Below, in pieces: positions 61,101 through 64,000 of a DNA stretch of 64,000 nucleotides. Each line of letters starts with the position of its first letter. Positions within the stretch are counted from its first letter, which is position 1. The notes under the pieces were generated by a model. The model was not told the DNA's origin, made no database searches, and saw only the letters and a list, made by a program, of their open reading frames with translations. Both the position numbers and the translations under genes were made by a program. The DNA comes from Stylophora pistillata (taxonomy: Eukaryota), in assembly GCF_002571385.2 (NCBI RefSeq), contig NW_019218100.1:103445-167444 (forward strand), in the 5' to 3' direction.

Positions 61101-63865
61101 GTTATTTCATTTGATTAAGATTGTGATTACAAAAGTTTGGCACATATCAGTCTCAAAGACTTTCCGCCTTCCCAAGACTGTCGTAGCCGGACCAAGAGAA
61201 AGTGTATGTATTGAAATTAGGTACATAAAAATTTCGAGATGAAAATCGCTTCATCTGCGGTGAAATCATTTCACTTAATTTCGAATCGTTTGGGAAATTG
61301 CACCCGCTAAGCATCTTCGGAGCTTGTACTCGTATCCTCAATAATGGCCAAATTACTGCGTTTCGACACCCCGCGTTTTGTTGCAAAACCAGTCTAATAC
61401 GACCGACGCCACGTCTCGTGTTAGTCATCCTAAATTGATAAGTTCTAAGGACTCATAGTACTTACTGTTTGCCTGGCCTGACGGATGATGTGTCTGTGAG
61501 CCCAAACACATTCCACCCTGATGTACAGTGACTCATCACGGTCCCTGAGAATCTTTTGCAGAACTGGTTGTGCTTGAGGGCTCGCTGAATTCCCAATAGC
61601 TTTGATATACATTACTCTCTCTTGTTCGGTCGTTTTGCCAGCAAGACGATCGAGTATCTTCTGTTGAGAGTAAGTAACGGTCGAAAGAATAGTAATTATC
61701 ACGAGCATTAAGACAGAGTATGACATTTTTCAATTGACTCTCACGGAAACTTATACTTCCTATGGAGGTCATATGCTGGTCTGAATACACAAAATTAGGT
61801 TATAATTAGCTTTGGTTGATTGCCTAGAGTCTTTATGTAACTGCAATTTCCTCAGCACCATGCGACAAATTTCTTAAACACAAATAACCTGTCAAAATGC
61901 TCATTATTCAGTCAATATGAACATCGAAGCATTTCGGTAATTCATTATTGATAGATAGACTTGTTATAGGGTGATATGTTGGCCAGGATTATATTACCTG
62001 GGTACACTCATTACAAGCAGCCTTAGCTTTGGTGTCCTGCTGGAGACTGGGTCTCTGACGTATCTTTCGCACCAGGGCCCCTAATGTGAGCATGCATTGA
62101 CGACGAGCTGATATATCCCTTTTAACCTCAGCGTGCTCGCATAGTTCCTAAAACACCAAAATAGAAGAAGAAAACAAACAAACAACCAATCAGTTGCTTC
62201 TAATCTATGAGTTTACATGGACTCAAAATATCTTAAGAACAGAATTATCATAGTTTCTTCCTCGAACACTTGACAAAACTCAGCCAAAAAATATTGTAGT
62301 ATTTCGTAAAAAAAGTTTGTGCTTGTCCATTGTGGTAAAGCAAAATAATAATAAAGTATTCTCGTTTGTCTCACGATTTGGTCACTTACGACGATGTTAC
62401 TTTACCATTATTACTGTAGTCGTTTGATCGCGAAAATGCATGTTGTATAGTTATGTTACACTTAGAGCGATATGAGCTAGAGTTGCCTTCGTAAGTTTCC
62501 CGCTAAAAAGCGTTTTCAATGGATAGATGATCTCAACTGACGCTTTTCACTTTTTAAAAAGATCGTTGCCTCTTCAGACAATTTATACTGCATTTTTATA
62601 GACGTACACGCTAGTTGGTCACTAGTCAGCTTTGTCTCACTTACCCAAGCAGCATCAATGTGGTCAGCGGTTGGTCGTGGAGCGAACGCCAGTCCCAAAA
62701 ATACTCGTTTGAGTTCTTCTGCTTTGTTGATTTTCCTCTCTTGGATCTTTTTCTTTAGAACTTGGAAAGCCTCACGGGTCCCCACAAAGGAGAGAGCATC
62801 GATACAATATTTCCTTGTGAACAAATTTTCGAAACGTTAACCCTAAATGATCCCAATTAGTCTGCGATCAAGAGAAAATGGTTTTATCCTTCAACCTTTT
62901 GTTATAAACGGCTGTTAATGATGGAAGATTCAAATTCCAAAAATTTACACTATCAGCACTGGTTTTGTTGCCAAACTTGCGTAAGTCCTAACTAATCATC
63001 AGATCTGAGCCCAGTTGTTCCGAATAGTTCCGATGTAACCCAGGGTTAAATTTTAATCCAAGTTTCTATATTTCTCTGTTCAAGGGCCGTTTTGGGATAA
63101 TTTTTTTTTTCAATTCTTTTCAGAGCATTCAATCATCAAGTAGTAGACAAATGGACTTAAAATAATTTTCTTTTAAAGCTTTCAGATCTGAAATCAAATT
63201 TTCTTTTAAAGCTTTCAGATCTGAAATCAAATTTTACATTAACTCTGGGTTATCTTAACCCACCTTCAAACAACCCGACAAGGTATTCATATAAAACACA
63301 CATATATTAACTAATTTACCTCTCGGATGCGTCTCGCCGGGATAACATGTTATCAGCCAGTTTCATGGCGGTTTCCTGATTGCATTTTCTCAGCTGCTGT
63401 ACCAAGTTAGCAAACATCTCAGCTGCCCTTTGGCCGTCTCTCTGGTTAATGGCTTTGCACATTTCGTCTGAAGCATTTTGCGCCTGCACGCAAAATCAGT
63501 TATCAAATTTATCCTTAACGGTATGATAATGTATACATAAGAATGATTTTCTGTAGCCGAAGAAAACTCTTTCGAACTATTACACCTTGGTCTTATAGTG
63601 ATCCTCTGGACCGGGATACGTGCCAAGTTAAAGATGTAAGGAAACCGAAAATGAAGATCTTTTCCCCCAGCAAAAATTTGAGCTTTTTCAACTTTTGATA
63701 AATTTAGCAGTGGTAAATTCAATGTGAAAAACCGAAGAGAATTGTAAACTGACACTAGTGTTACCTGTCTGGAAGTTTCCTGCTGACATTGAGTATTATT
63801 GCGATCTCGTCGCTCGGGATTCTCAGCGACAAACCGATGAGTTGTTGTCCTGGCAAGTGTCTTAG
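52177..63865 (-). CDS. Vtg: Vitellogenin / egg-yolk large lipid transfer protein, 3' portion; 5' end beyond window
   Basis: Phase-consistent exons: 63865-63765, 63483-63320, 62813-62645, 62147-61998, 61660-61466, 61056-60815, 60211-60120, 59674-59550, 58897-58685, 58089-57942, 57446-57215, 57109-56927, 56389-56290, 55861-55654, 55422-55148, 55040-54785, 54325-54198, 53690-53454, 52362-52177 (TGA). LPD_N motifs (YIKAIGNS, ELRMAVF, NQVASFVLSHL), PTLAGIPL, dibasic RKRHKR, and a C-terminal VWD with VCGLCGDADG. AATAAA on the minus strand at 51911-51916 and 51653-51658. Confidence 0.92.
52712..53111 (-). mobile_element. Penelope-like element 3' fragment in the last vitellogenin intron, with 14-bp TSD
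   Basis: Direct repeat AAAATTCAAGAACA at 52698-52711 and 53112-53125; GIY-YIG-like C-terminus ICKLKPILNQQLKHLELSLSF*; internal inverted repeat 52712-52748 versus about 53032-53071; contains a hammerhead. Confidence 0.75.
52740..52787 (-). ncRNA. Minimal type I hammerhead ribozyme with canonical core
   Basis: AUUUGCAA-CUGAAGA-U-GACAU(GAGA)AUGUC-GAAA-CAUG-UC-UUGUAAAU: 8-bp stem I, 5-bp stem II with a GNRA loop, palindromic CAUG at stem III, GUC cleavage site. Confidence 0.8.
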
Positions 63866-64000
63866 CTGGTCAAAGCAAAAAACAAAACAAAATTAAACTA
63901 AAAAAGTAGGGACACTTATCCACAATTCCTTCAAGTGAAAAATTATCTTAAAAATTTTCCATCCATTCTCTCTCTTTCCCCACAGATGATTATTGTGATA

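Noticed and set aside
63165-63235. 33-bp tandem duplication (similar 41-bp one at about 44495-44571)
   Set aside because: Ordinary local slippage duplications in non-coding DNA.

Overview
Eukaryotic, AT-rich, intron-rich draft-assembly sequence with several N gaps. Gene content and repeat types suggest a cnidarian, probably a stony coral (inference). Host genes: the 3' part of ECM29 (29 exons traced, + strand, 800-31718), an intronless YIPF5/Yip1 CDS, an intronless ankyrin-repeat gene, an intronless class A GPCR plus a GPCR pseudogene fragment, and the 3' part of a vitellogenin gene (19 exons traced, - strand, running off the window end). ECM29 is interrupted by a gap-bounded ~10 kb block (18791-28868). 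That block holds a CRE-clade retrotransposon, an orphan ORF with two GFRP-fold-like repeats sharing upstream sequence with the CRE element, a THAP-bearing inverted-repeat element and a CR1/L2-type LINE. Most notable: (1) a small intronless 110-aa ORF (34254-34586) with motifs like bacterial polymorphic-toxin RNases (EndoU/BECR-like), present with a tandem pseudogene and a second copy; (2) the tandem GFRP-like ORF; (3) hammerhead ribozyme motifs in Penelope-like elements, one with a fully canonical fold in a vitellogenin intron and others in head-to-head palindromes. Protein family assignments come from recalled motifs, not database searches.
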